Source: Candidatus Enterousia sp.
GTDB taxonomy: Bacteria > Pseudomonadota > Alphaproteobacteria > Rs-D84
Assembly: GCA_045647355.1 (NCBI GenBank)
Contig: JAZRMF010000005.1
Span: 101,763-165,762 of the forward strand
DNA length: 64,000 nucleotides
Reading direction: 5' to 3'
Positions 10,471 through 19,272 of the stretch are shown here, in pieces. A program made the translations under genes and the position numbers. Each line of letters begins with the position of its first letter. Within the stretch, counting starts at the first letter, position 1. The notes under the pieces are model-generated. The model saw only the letters and a list, made by a program, of their open reading frames with translations, was not told the DNA's origin and ran no database searches.

Positions 10471-12528
10471 ATGAATCCAGAAGAAATACAAGAAACACCG
10501 CAGCAAGCGATTGAAAAGTATACGACCGATTTTACTAAATTGGCCGCGGATGGAAAACTGGACCCGGTGATTGGGCGTGATGAAGAAATTCGCCGCACTA
10601 TCCAGGTTCTATCACGCCGGACGAAAAACAATCCGGTTCTTATTGGCAGCCCCGGTGTCGGTAAAACCGCAATTGTCGAAGGTTTGGCGGAACGTATCAT
10701 TTCACGTGATATTCCGGAAAACCTGCAGAACAAAAAATTGCTGTCGTTGGATATGGGCGCATTGATGGCGGGCGCGATGTTCCGCGGTCAATTTGAAGGC
10801 CGTTTTAAGGCGATTTTAAAAGCCGTCAAAGATTCCAATGGCGAAATTATCTTGTTCATTGATGAATTACACACGTTGGTTGGTGCCGGTAAAGGTGAAG
10901 GCAGTATGGATGCCGGGAACCTTATTAAGCCAATGTTGGCACGTGGGGAATTGCACTGTTTAGGGGCAACCACGTTGGATGAATATCGCCAATATATTGA
11001 AAAAGACCCTGCACTGGCGCGGCGTTTTCAACCGGTCTATATTGATGAACCGACCGTTGACGATACTATTTCCATCCTGCGTGGATTAAAAGAAAAATAC
11101 GAAGGTCACCATGGTGTGCGTATTGCCGATGCCGCATTGGTCGCGGCGGTGCGGTTATCTAATCGTTATATTACCGACCGGTTTTTGCCAGACAAGGCAA
11201 TAGACCTTATGGACGAAGCGGCCGCCCGCGTACGTATGGAGGTTGCGTCCAAACCCGAAGATTTGGATGAAGTCGATCGTCATATAATGCAGTTGAAAAT
11301 CGAACAACAAGCCTTAAAAAAAGAAAAAGACGAAGAATCTAAAAAACGTTTGGTGGAATTAGAAAAACTGATTGCGGGCTTGGAAGAAAAGTCCAAAAAG
11401 ATGACCGCCGACTGGCGCGCCGAACAAGATAAAATGCGTGCGCTGTCTGATGCAATGGCCGCATTGGATGCCGCCAAGGCCGAGGTCGCGTCCGCAATGC
11501 GTAATGGTGATTATGAAAAGGCATCTGCCTTGCAATATGGCAAGATTCCAAGTTTGGAAGAAAACATAAAAAAGATGAATACGGAATCGCGTGAGTACAA
11601 GACGGTTTTACCAGAACACATTGCCGCGGTCGTTAGCAAGTGGACTGGGGTCCCCGCCGATAAATTGAGTGCAACCGAACAATCAAAATTGTTAAATATC
11701 GAAGACGAACTGCGCAAACGTGTTGTTGGTCAAGACGAAGCATTGTCGGTTGTCGCGCGTGCAATACGTCGTTCACGTGCGGGGCTTTCCGACCCACGCA
11801 GACCATCGGGCAGTTTTATGTTCTTGGGGCCTACGGGCGTTGGTAAGACCGAAGTCGCCAAAGCATTGGCGGAATACCTGTTCAATGACGATACGGCAAT
11901 GACGCGTATTGATATGAGTGAATATATGGAACCGCATTCGGTTGCCCGTTTAATCGGCAGTCCCCCGGGATACGTCGGTTATGAACAGGGTGGTACACTG
12001 ACCGAAAGTGTACGTCGCCGCCCGTACCAGGTGTTACTGTTTGATGAAATTGAAAAGGCGCATCCAGATGTGTTCAATGTGTTCTTGCAGATACTGGACG
12101 ATGGGCGATTGACCGATGGCCAGGGGCACATTGTGAATTTCACAAATACAATTATCATTATGACAAGTAACTTGCCAAGTATGGATGCGGTTAAAAAGCA
12201 TTTCCGTCCAGAATTCATTAACCGTATTGATGAAATTGTATTCTTTAACCAGTTGGGCAAAGATGTTATGTCTGGCATTGTGGAAATTCAATTGCGAAAC
12301 CTGCGCGCACGTTTGGCAACGCGTCGAATTGAATTAGATGTAACGGACAAAGCAATCAAATGGTTGGCCGAAAACGGGTACGACCCGGTGTTTGGGGCGC
12401 GTCCATTGAAACGTCTTATTACATCGGCGGTCGAAGATAAAATCGCAGATTTGGTTTTATCAGACACCGTGACCGAAGGCTCAACCGTTTATGTCGATGT
12501 CCATGGCAAAGATTTAACCGTAAAATAA
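10471..12528 (+). CDS. clpB: ClpB-type AAA+ disaggregase lacking the N-terminal domain
   Basis: starts at NBD1 ([10 protein letters not shown], Walker A GSPGVGKT), coiled-coil M-domain, NBD2 GPTGVGKT, sensor-2 GARPLKR; 685 aa vs about 860 for full ClpB. Confidence 0.85.
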   Translation: MNPEEIQETPQQAIEKYTTDFTKLAADGKLDPVIGRDEEIRRTIQVLSRRTKNNPVLIGSPGVGKTAIVEGLAERIISRDIPENLQNKKLLSLDMGALMAGAMFRGQFEGRFKAILKAVKDSNGEIILFIDELHTLVGAGKGEGSMDAGNLIKPMLARGELHCLGATTLDEYRQYIEKDPALARRFQPVYIDEPTVDDTISILRGLKEKYEGHHGVRIADAALVAAVRLSNRYITDRFLPDKAIDLMDEAAARVRMEVASKPEDLDEVDRHIMQLKIEQQALKKEKDEESKKRLVELEKLIAGLEEKSKKMTADWRAEQDKMRALSDAMAALDAAKAEVASAMRNGDYEKASALQYGKIPSLEENIKKMNTESREYKTVLPEHIAAVVSKWTGVPADKLSATEQSKLLNIEDELRKRVVGQDEALSVVARAIRRSRAGLSDPRRPSGSFMFLGPTGVGKTEVAKALAEYLFNDDTAMTRIDMSEYMEPHSVARLIGSPPGYVGYEQGGTLTESVRRRPYQVLLFDEIEKAHPDVFNVFLQILDDGRLTDGQGHIVNFTNTIIIMTSNLPSMDAVKKHFRPEFINRIDEIVFFNQLGKDVMSGIVEIQLRNLRARLATRRIELDVTDKAIKWLAENGYDPVFGARPLKRLITSAVEDKIADLVLSDTVTEGSTVYVDVHGKDLTVK

Positions 12529-12548
12529 ATCATGATATTTTATAAAAC

Positions 12549-12576
12549 GCGCCCCGGCATAAACCGGGGCTTTTTA
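12549..12576 (+). terminator. rho-independent terminator after clpB
   Basis: gccccggcataaaccggggc + TTTTT. Confidence 0.8.
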
Positions 12577-12578
12577 AC

Positions 12579-12608
12579 TTGACACATTACAGCGATTTTT
12601 GTTAGAAT
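12579..12608 (+). promoter_or_regulatory. sigma70-like promoter (TTGACA, 17-18 nt spacer, TAGAAT) for leader copy 1
   Basis: near-consensus -35/-10; equivalent TTGAAA-17-TAGAAT/TAAAAT promoters precede leader copies 2 and 3. Confidence 0.6.
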
Positions 12609-12629
12609 CGCAAATGAACCAAATGGGAA

Positions 12630-12830
12630 TTTGGTTCGGGGCTGTCGAAAGCCTAAGTTAGCCGGTGCAAAGCATCGTAATATGTTATTTTACATGATTT
12701 TGCACCGTCATATATTCCCCGCGTTTTATGGTCGGGGTGCCGTTGGTGTATATATAAAGGCCACGGAATCTAAGCTAACTTGATTTTCGAACACCCCGAC
12801 CGTCAATTTCCGTTGACGGTTTATTTATGA
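12630..12830 (+). ncRNA. conserved structured 5' leader, copy 1 (candidate riboswitch/attenuator with terminator-like expression platform)
   Basis: shares GGTTCGGGG...CCGGTGCRAAGCATCGTAAT...TTTGCACCGT...TATGGTCGGGGTGCCGTTGG...CCCCGACCG + hairpin + T-run with copies at 40108-40313 and 46371-46582; stem covariation between copies. Confidence 0.6.
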
Positions 12831-12853
12831 AAAATGAATAGGGGGAATTTTTT

Positions 12854-13861
12854 ATGAATAAAAAACTAACAATAGCATCAGTTATTGCGGCAATAGTTGT
12901 AATGCCAACATTTGCGGTTGATGACCCGGTATCGGGTGATAAGCGCACAACGTCACAACCGTATGTTTATAACCGGATACAAGAAGAAACGCAGATAAAA
13001 ATTCCTGCGGCGAACCCGTCAAATACTAACATTGGTAATACGGTAATAACATATACCAATGTAGAGGGTGGCGGTGTAATTGGTGAACGCGAACTGTTTA
13101 CGGGTGGCGAATATGATGCGGATAGCGATTCTGGTAAACTGATTACGGCATCTGCCTTAAATAGTGCGTTTACGAACCTGCCGACGACGGATACGACCAA
13201 ATTGGTATGTGCGAACCAAGCGGACGGTTGTACATTATGGACAATCACGGACCAAACGGCATATGGTGAAACGATAACATTGCCCGAGGGATATACACAC
13301 CTTGCGTATATCGAATCCACTGGCACACAGTATATTGATACGGGAAACAAATTAAATACAAATACGGATGATATCGAAATCATTTTTCAAGCTGTTTCTG
13401 ATAGAACCCCTGTGCCAAATATGAACTTGTTTGGTGCGCGTGGTTCGACAACGTCTATGGCTTATACTCTTGGGGTAAATAGTGGAGGATGGCGTTTTGG
13501 TTGGGGAAATAGTTCACCAAGCGTGGGAACAGCAGATACAAATAAACATGCCGCAAAGATAGAACATAATAATGGTGTATTAAAAATAGATGGTGTAGCA
13601 ATTGATACGCGGGGTAATGTGTCAATTATAACCCCAACTACAGCGACCTTATTCGGGGTTCATGCAACTAGTTCTACTACCATGTACTATGGGAATTATA
13701 AGATTTATTCGTATAAGAAATGGACAGATGGCGAACTTGTTCAGAATTTCATTCCTGTTAAAAATTCCAGCAATGAAATCGGTATGTATGATACCGTCAG
13801 TGAACAATTCTTTAGGAACCGGGGAAGCGGCACATTTACCGCCGGTCCTGTGGTACAATAG
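12854..13861 (+). CDS. secreted protein (signal peptide) with about 190-aa beta-rich module shared with giant surface protein
   Basis: signal peptide MNKKLTIASVIAAIVVMPTFA; module YIESTGTQYIDTG...KIYSYKKW...IPVK...GMYD...F.N.GSGTF also present near C-terminus of ORF 59959-63993. Confidence 0.6.
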   Translation: MNKKLTIASVIAAIVVMPTFAVDDPVSGDKRTTSQPYVYNRIQEETQIKIPAANPSNTNIGNTVITYTNVEGGGVIGERELFTGGEYDADSDSGKLITASALNSAFTNLPTTDTTKLVCANQADGCTLWTITDQTAYGETITLPEGYTHLAYIESTGTQYIDTGNKLNTNTDDIEIIFQAVSDRTPVPNMNLFGARGSTTSMAYTLGVNSGGWRFGWGNSSPSVGTADTNKHAAKIEHNNGVLKIDGVAIDTRGNVSIITPTTATLFGVHATSSTTMYYGNYKIYSYKKWTDGELVQNFIPVKNSSNEIGMYDTVSEQFFRNRGSGTFTAGPVVQ

Positions 13862-13890
13862 TGATTTCCAGAATAATATAAAAAAGAACC

Positions 13891-14150
13891 GTCATCCCGA
13901 CGAAAGTCGGGATCTCTTTATACTCGTCGCGGACCAATCCATCCCCTTCGCTGGCGAAGGGGTACGGTGTGAAACATCGGGGGGTAGTGGTTAATATAAC
14001 ATACCCACAACAACTACCCCGTCGCATTCCATGCGCCACCCCTTCTTGGAAAGAAGGGGATGGTTCAATCTGGAACAAAAAAACGGTCGCAAACGCAACC
14101 GTTCCTTTTTGTCATGGCAATTTCATCCCCTTCGTTCAAGAAGGGGATAG
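13891..14150. repeat. cluster of short palindromic hairpin repeats (TCCCCTTC...GAAGGGGA x3 plus others) in convergent intergenic region
   Basis: hairpins at 13894-13913, 13943-13962, 13981-14020, 14039-14059, 14082-14111 (with T-run), 14125-14148. Confidence 0.6.
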
Positions 14151-14163
14151 AATCATACATTTT

Positions 14164-14376
14164 TTATTTCTTTTTTGTGCCTTTGGATGGCGTGCGTTTA
14201 TATTCGGTATGCAACGCCATAATGCATGCGTACCCAATCAACGCCGAAAACGCGGTGATAATACCACTAATCAAGCCGTCCGAGAACATCGCAAACAATA
14301 TAATTGCCAAAACCAACACAACCGTATAGCCAAGATTCTTGGCCAGTACAGATAATATTCTTTCAAGTGTTTTCAT
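14164..14376 (-). CDS. small 2-TM membrane protein, hypothetical
   Basis: 70-aa ORF with two hydrophobic helices and basic C-terminus; weak support. Confidence 0.35.
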   Translation of the reverse strand: MKTLERILSVLAKNLGYTVVLVLAIILFAMFSDGLISGIITAFSALIGYACIMALHTEYKRTPSKGTKKK

Positions 14377-14433
14377 TATTCTTCCTTTCGTTTATATGCA
14401 TGTATTATACCATATTTTTTGAAATATTAACAG

Positions 14434-14470
14434 CAAAAAAATACCACCGAAAATCGGTGGTATTTTTTTA
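14434..14470. terminator. bidirectional rho-independent terminator
   Basis: A7-ataccaccgaaaatcggtggtat-T7 perfect palindrome downstream of ORF 14485-15231. Confidence 0.8.
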
Positions 14471-14484
14471 CCAGAGTTCGCATA

Positions 14485-15231
14485 TTATAAAATCACCTGA
14501 CCGCCCACTTTTGCATTACGTGGGATTGGGCCAAATGAAGAACGAGGGGAAACGTAAATATTACCTTTGACGTTAAATTCCCCACAGAACTGTAAAATTC
14601 TTAAATCACGCAAGAACAAACTGCCATCAATTGTGACATTGCAAGGCAATACATATTTGTTCATACGTTGCAAATACAAATTGCCATGAATATGCATGCC
14701 ATTTTTAATCATGATGGCTTCGCCACGTGATTCAATGATAATATCGCCGTATAATTCACCATCTTTGTTGGCCTTTAATGTTGGATCCGTGGATGGTTTT
14801 GTCGGAACCACGGTGGCAACCGGCAATTCACCCTTGGTCGCATTACGACGATTTGGAATTGGAATAGATTTCTTTGCTTTTGTAAATTCAATCGGAACAT
14901 TTTTTGCCGGACCGTTAATAACAATTGGTTTGCGGCGACAATTTAAAATATCAAGAATTAACATAGAACATAAAACAATAATTGCAATCAATAATGCCAA
15001 ATTAATAAGGCCGACCAGGTTAATTCCACATAACACTGACCAAATCCAGTAACAGACCGCGCAGATTGTGTCCCATGTCCAACGAATCGCACGGGCGACC
15101 ATACGCAATGGCCACAATATTACACGACCCAGCCATGTGGCATTGGTTCGAATATAGTTCTTTTCCGCAGAAAAGTCCCGTTTTTGCTGTAAACGCTTTG
15201 CCGCGTACTTCATTTTTAATTTATCAAACAT
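14485..15231 (-). CDS. membrane-anchored hypothetical protein
   Basis: one central TM helix; no recognised domain; start taken at MFDKLK (alternative upstream ATG at 15270). Confidence 0.45.
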   Translation of the reverse strand: MFDKLKMKYAAKRLQQKRDFSAEKNYIRTNATWLGRVILWPLRMVARAIRWTWDTICAVCYWIWSVLCGINLVGLINLALLIAIIVLCSMLILDILNCRRKPIVINGPAKNVPIEFTKAKKSIPIPNRRNATKGELPVATVVPTKPSTDPTLKANKDGELYGDIIIESRGEAIMIKNGMHIHGNLYLQRMNKYVLPCNVTIDGSLFLRDLRILQFCGEFNVKGNIYVSPRSSFGPIPRNAKVGGQVIL

Positions 15232-15572
15232 ATTTGACCCTTTTGTTATTTGTCCTAAATATAATACCAAAATAAACTTTTGTCAAGTGTTTTTTTGATT
15301 TTTACATTTTTGGGAATATGGCCAAATATTTATCAGAAAATCAGATTTATCAATGGTCCCATGAACTTTATTGCCCATGCCACAAATATCAGTGCCAATA
15401 TTAACCCTGCCACACGCACCAGGTATGTTGATATCTTATATGCATTGGGTATCTTAGATTTTGTCATATTATTTCCATTTTTTATATATTCTAGTGCATT
15501 AATGTTGTGTTTTTAATTTGATTTTCTTCTTGTTTGGGGTTAAAATGGCACGATAAATCAAAGGGGGCGCCC

Positions 15573-16457
15573 ATGTTTGATACCGAAAAATTAAAGACTT
15601 TTTCATGGGTGAATGTCGGAAACCCTGATCATGACGATTTTGAAAAACTGCAAGAAGAATACAAAATTGACGAAGATACCATTTCCGATATTTTGGACCC
15701 CGATGAACAGCCACGTATCGAAATCGAAGACGATTACAAGGTTATAATCGTCCGATTCCCAATTGTAAACCGCGAAACAGATACTCAATGGCACACCGAA
15801 CCGCTGTCCATTATTTATTCTACGAACCGCGTTATTACCGTGTGTCGCAAACGCTGTGATTTGTTGGACAAGATTAAAAAGGACGAAAAGACATCGCGTG
15901 AAGAATTCATATTGAATATTATGTACTATATCGCGGAATCTTATCTGCGGTGCCTGAAAGAGTTAAACAAACGCGTTGTAGAATCCAAGAAAAACCTGCA
16001 ACAGCAAATTAGAAAACGCGAATTGCTGTCATTATTGGACGTTGAAAACAGTTATACATTATATATGACGGGGTTAAAGGGGAACCTGTCGGTGTTGGAT
16101 AAATTGGAAAAGGTTCGCGGTTTTGCGAAAACAGATGAATGTGTTGAACTGGTCGAAGATACACGTATTGAACTGTCCCAGGGGATAGAAGTCGTGACCA
16201 GTTATACAAAAATGCTGAAATCCATCAAGGAAACGTTTGAAAGCGTTATTAATATTGATTCTAACACGTACATTAACCGTCTTACTATGTGGAACATTAT
16301 TTTAATGTTACCGACATTGGTTGTGGGGTATTACGGGATGAACGTTGCCCTGCCCTTTGCAGAACATGCAGACACAGGTGTTATTATATTCCTGTTGATT
16401 ATGGCGTTGTTGGTCGGATACGCACTGTTCATTATTGTGCGGCGTCGTATTATTTAA
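15573..16457 (+). CDS. corA: CorA family magnesium/cobalt transporter
   Basis: C-terminal two TM helices with YGMN (GMN) signature; start at MFDTEKL with RBS aaaggggg. Confidence 0.8.
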   Translation: MFDTEKLKTFSWVNVGNPDHDDFEKLQEEYKIDEDTISDILDPDEQPRIEIEDDYKVIIVRFPIVNRETDTQWHTEPLSIIYSTNRVITVCRKRCDLLDKIKKDEKTSREEFILNIMYYIAESYLRCLKELNKRVVESKKNLQQQIRKRELLSLLDVENSYTLYMTGLKGNLSVLDKLEKVRGFAKTDECVELVEDTRIELSQGIEVVTSYTKMLKSIKETFESVINIDSNTYINRLTMWNIILMLPTLVVGYYGMNVALPFAEHADTGVIIFLLIMALLVGYALFIIVRRRII

Positions 16458-17008
16458 TCAAGTGCCGCACATACACGTCCAAAATTCACATTAAAATCCG
16501 CATCTGATGTATCAACATCGGCAAAACGCACACCATCCGCCGTGCGCAACCATTCTATGGCCGGCATAGTGGTTTTCCAGAAATTATCCAAACGACGGCG
16601 GACGATAGATGCATCTGCATCATCGGCGCGGCCGCCACCTTCGCGGATACGCTTTTCAATACGGGCAAGCATGATGTCTTCGGGTACATTTAGGTATATG
16701 ACCCGAATATCAAACTTGTCGGCATAGTTTTTCACAATCCATTGTGCCTGACCCAGGGTGCGTGGGAAACCGTCAACAATTATATCTGAATCTGTATTGA
16801 AATTAGATGCCAATAATTCAAACAAATCTTCATCTGGCACCAATTCGCCACGTGCAATAATTTTCGCCAATTTTGATTCCGCCGGCAGACTGCGCAGAAT
16901 TGCACCCGTTTCAATATAGCCGTACCCATCACGCGCAATTAACGCACGAGCATGCGTACCCTTGCCTACGCCTTGGCCACCCATCAAAAGAATCATTTTT
17001 GGTTTCAT
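16454..17008 (-). CDS. adk: adenylate kinase (short form)
   Basis: P-loop GGQGVGKGTHA, NMP-binding ETGAILR, DGFPRTLGQA motif. Confidence 0.7.
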   Translation of the reverse strand: MKPKMILLMGGQGVGKGTHARALIARDGYGYIETGAILRSLPAESKLAKIIARGELVPDEDLFELLASNFNTDSDIIVDGFPRTLGQAQWIVKNYADKFDIRVIYLNVPEDIMLARIEKRIREGGGRADDADASIVRRRLDNFWKTTMPAIEWLRTADGVRFADVDTSDADFNVNFGRVCAALD

Positions 17009-17038
17009 ATCTTTTCCTTTTTTTCAGATTATACCATA

Positions 17039-17075
17039 AAAAAATCCCCATAGCCATGGGGATTTTTTTTATTGT
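17039..17075. terminator. bidirectional terminator
   Basis: A-run atccccatagccatggggat T-run abutting stop of ORF 17069-18265. Confidence 0.7.
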
Positions 17076-18265
17076 CCGTATTTTTTGTTACGCAGCTCTT
17101 CAACAAACTTGTACACCAACGGATGTGTTTCATTCCTAAGTGGCAAAAAAAGCCTAAAACAGGTATCGTTTGCATTTGGCGCTTCGAATACACGTAATTT
17201 TTTTGCATTCAAAAACCAATTAGAACGAAGCTGCTTGACAGCTGGGAATCTTGCCTCTTCCAATCCTTCATTATATTCCAAGAAATTATCCCCTATTTCT
17301 TCGGCGACAGGTGCAGAAATACGTTTAAGTTTTGTGGCAAACGTTAAAACATCATCACGTATGTATTTGCAACTTGGCAAATCAATAGATTCCAAAATAC
17401 TGGCTTTAAAAAAGACACCCTTGTCTAAATACACCACCTTGGGCACCTTTACATCTATTAATTTTATGCAGTCAGCAAAACACCAGTCGTGGATTTCATG
17501 TGCCACGGGCGCATCAATTGTTGCAATATCAAGACATTCTTTAAAACACCGATCCCAAATGTATACAGCCGCCGGCAAATTAACGTGTTTAAGACCGGAC
17601 AAGTTACTAAATGCATCTGGCCCGATATGTGTTGCAGCCGGCAATGTGATTGTATCGGTGGTCATTGGCTGTCTCTTTGGAATACAGAATGAGTGTTGTG
17701 CAACCTCTTCCAACGCCGGCAGGTTTATTTCAGCACAGTGTGTTATTCCATCGCAGAAAGAAGCCGTACCAGTTTTTTTCAAACCTGGAAAATATATTTT
17801 GGTTAATTTATCTGGAACTTTGTTCAAGAATTTATTACCAGTTACCTGCAATTTTGGACAGTCTATGGACGACAAACCATTGTACGGATTCGACAGAAAA
17901 TTATCGCGTGCGGTTTGTAATTCTGGAAAAGATACTGATTCACATTGAACATCATCGCCATTAAACGATACATTGGTTTCGGTCATTTTTGGCAACACCA
18001 TCTTATCACGAAAAACATAATAATATGGATATTTCGTATCAGACGATGAGATATTATGTCTGTGCGGAACACGTACCAAGTGGAAACACAAACCATTATC
18101 CGCATTTACCCTGTAATCTGCGCCGAACATATCATATTCTACGTATATCTGTTCGCCCGCAATTTCGTTTAATATCGCCCATGTATATTCATGCGGGATA
18201 TTTTGCATTAATTCGCAGATTAAAGGATTAGTTGGTACTGGTATAGTATCTTTGATTGTGTGCAT
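17069..18265 (-). CDS. BspA-type leucine-rich repeat (LRR_5-like) protein, no signal peptide; effector-like
   Basis: repeated L.x.I.LP..V..I...F..C..L motifs (INLPALEEVAQHSFC, VNLPAAVYIWDRCFKEC, IDAPVAHEIHDWCFADC, IDLPSCKYIRDDV); paralog of next gene. Confidence 0.5.
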   Translation of the reverse strand: MHTIKDTIPVPTNPLICELMQNIPHEYTWAILNEIAGEQIYVEYDMFGADYRVNADNGLCFHLVRVPHRHNISSSDTKYPYYYVFRDKMVLPKMTETNVSFNGDDVQCESVSFPELQTARDNFLSNPYNGLSSIDCPKLQVTGNKFLNKVPDKLTKIYFPGLKKTGTASFCDGITHCAEINLPALEEVAQHSFCIPKRQPMTTDTITLPAATHIGPDAFSNLSGLKHVNLPAAVYIWDRCFKECLDIATIDAPVAHEIHDWCFADCIKLIDVKVPKVVYLDKGVFFKASILESIDLPSCKYIRDDVLTFATKLKRISAPVAEEIGDNFLEYNEGLEEARFPAVKQLRSNWFLNAKKLRVFEAPNANDTCFRLFLPLRNETHPLVYKFVEELRNKKYGQ

Positions 18266-18327
18266 ATTAATACCCTTGTTTAACTTTATTTTAACATACC
18301 CAAACCATTAAGATTGTCAAGTAATTT

Positions 18328-18356
18328 ATTAAAAAATCCCCGCTATTGCGGGGATT
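18328..18356 (-). terminator. rho-independent terminator
   Basis: atccccgctattgcggggat with A/T runs. Confidence 0.7.
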
Positions 18357-18381
18357 CCTTTCAGATTTATTGTTTTTGTAT

Positions 18382-19155
18382 TTATTTGGCACGATTTGCT
18401 TCAATCGCACTGTAAATCAACGGATGACAATTTATCCCTGCGGAATCCAAATTCGGTGCATATAACAAACCACCGCCGTTACTTCTTTTCATTGCTTCGG
18501 GGGTATTGCAATCCAAAACATTATTTTCCCAAAGGCATCCGCGCCCAACCTCAATTAAGTTTGGTGCTTTAAATAAATCCATTTTTTCATCACGGTAAAG
18601 GAAATAATCACCTGCACGAACCAATTCTGGACCTTTAAATTTCGGCAATTGTGAATAAGCCAATGCTTCGCGTCCCAGTCTCTTTAATTTTGGCACATAC
18701 AAGCTTTGTAAATCATAGGCACGATCCAAAAAGTAATCCCCACCATCTTCTAAATCCGGAAATTTTGCCCATAACGTATATTCATAATCATGCCCACAGA
18801 ACATATACGTGTCTTTCAGAGTTTTTATACCCGGCACACATATCTTCATAATATGGTTATTACGTATTTGCAGTAATAACATCCCCCCTGCATACACCGT
18901 ACAATTACCTGGGTTACCAGTTACGACCACAATTTGTGGTGATTCAACATTTTTATAAATAACTTTTGCCCATTCTTGAGCATCTTTGTCTGTATTAAAT
19001 GCTTTATTTACCCCAGCATCACAAATAAGCTTATAGAAACTAACAAAATCTGGCTTTTTAATTCCGAAACGACGCCCTAAATTGTTTTGGCGGTTCAATG
19101 TATATTCTTGTCTTTGCATTGTGTGTACCAATGGATAATATTTTTGTTTTTGCAT
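18382..19155 (-). CDS. LRR-like hypothetical protein, paralog of 17069-18265
   Basis: shared C-terminal motifs (FKAPNL.../HPLIYSAIEANR vs FEAPNA.../HPLVYKFVEELR); start at MQKQKYY with RBS aaaggga. Confidence 0.45.
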   Translation of the reverse strand: MQKQKYYPLVHTMQRQEYTLNRQNNLGRRFGIKKPDFVSFYKLICDAGVNKAFNTDKDAQEWAKVIYKNVESPQIVVVTGNPGNCTVYAGGMLLLQIRNNHIMKICVPGIKTLKDTYMFCGHDYEYTLWAKFPDLEDGGDYFLDRAYDLQSLYVPKLKRLGREALAYSQLPKFKGPELVRAGDYFLYRDEKMDLFKAPNLIEVGRGCLWENNVLDCNTPEAMKRSNGGGLLYAPNLDSAGINCHPLIYSAIEANRAK

Positions 19156-19221
19156 TGTCTGTCCCTTTGTTCTGATACTATAATTATAGACCAAAAGTTC
19201 TCATTGTCAAGTCTATTATTA

Positions 19222-19252
19222 ACAAATAAAAAATCCCCACAACCGTGGGGAC
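19222..19252 (-). terminator. rho-independent terminator after rpsA
   Basis: ccccacaaccgtgggg followed on minus strand by T-run. Confidence 0.7.
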
Positions 19253-19272
19253 TTTGGTTTGAAATCAACAAA

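Noticed and set aside
12854-13861. Lipoprotein call for ORF 12854
   Set aside because: The signal peptide lacks a lipobox Cys (cleavage after TFA-VDD), so it is a secreted protein, not a lipoprotein like the other leader-controlled genes.
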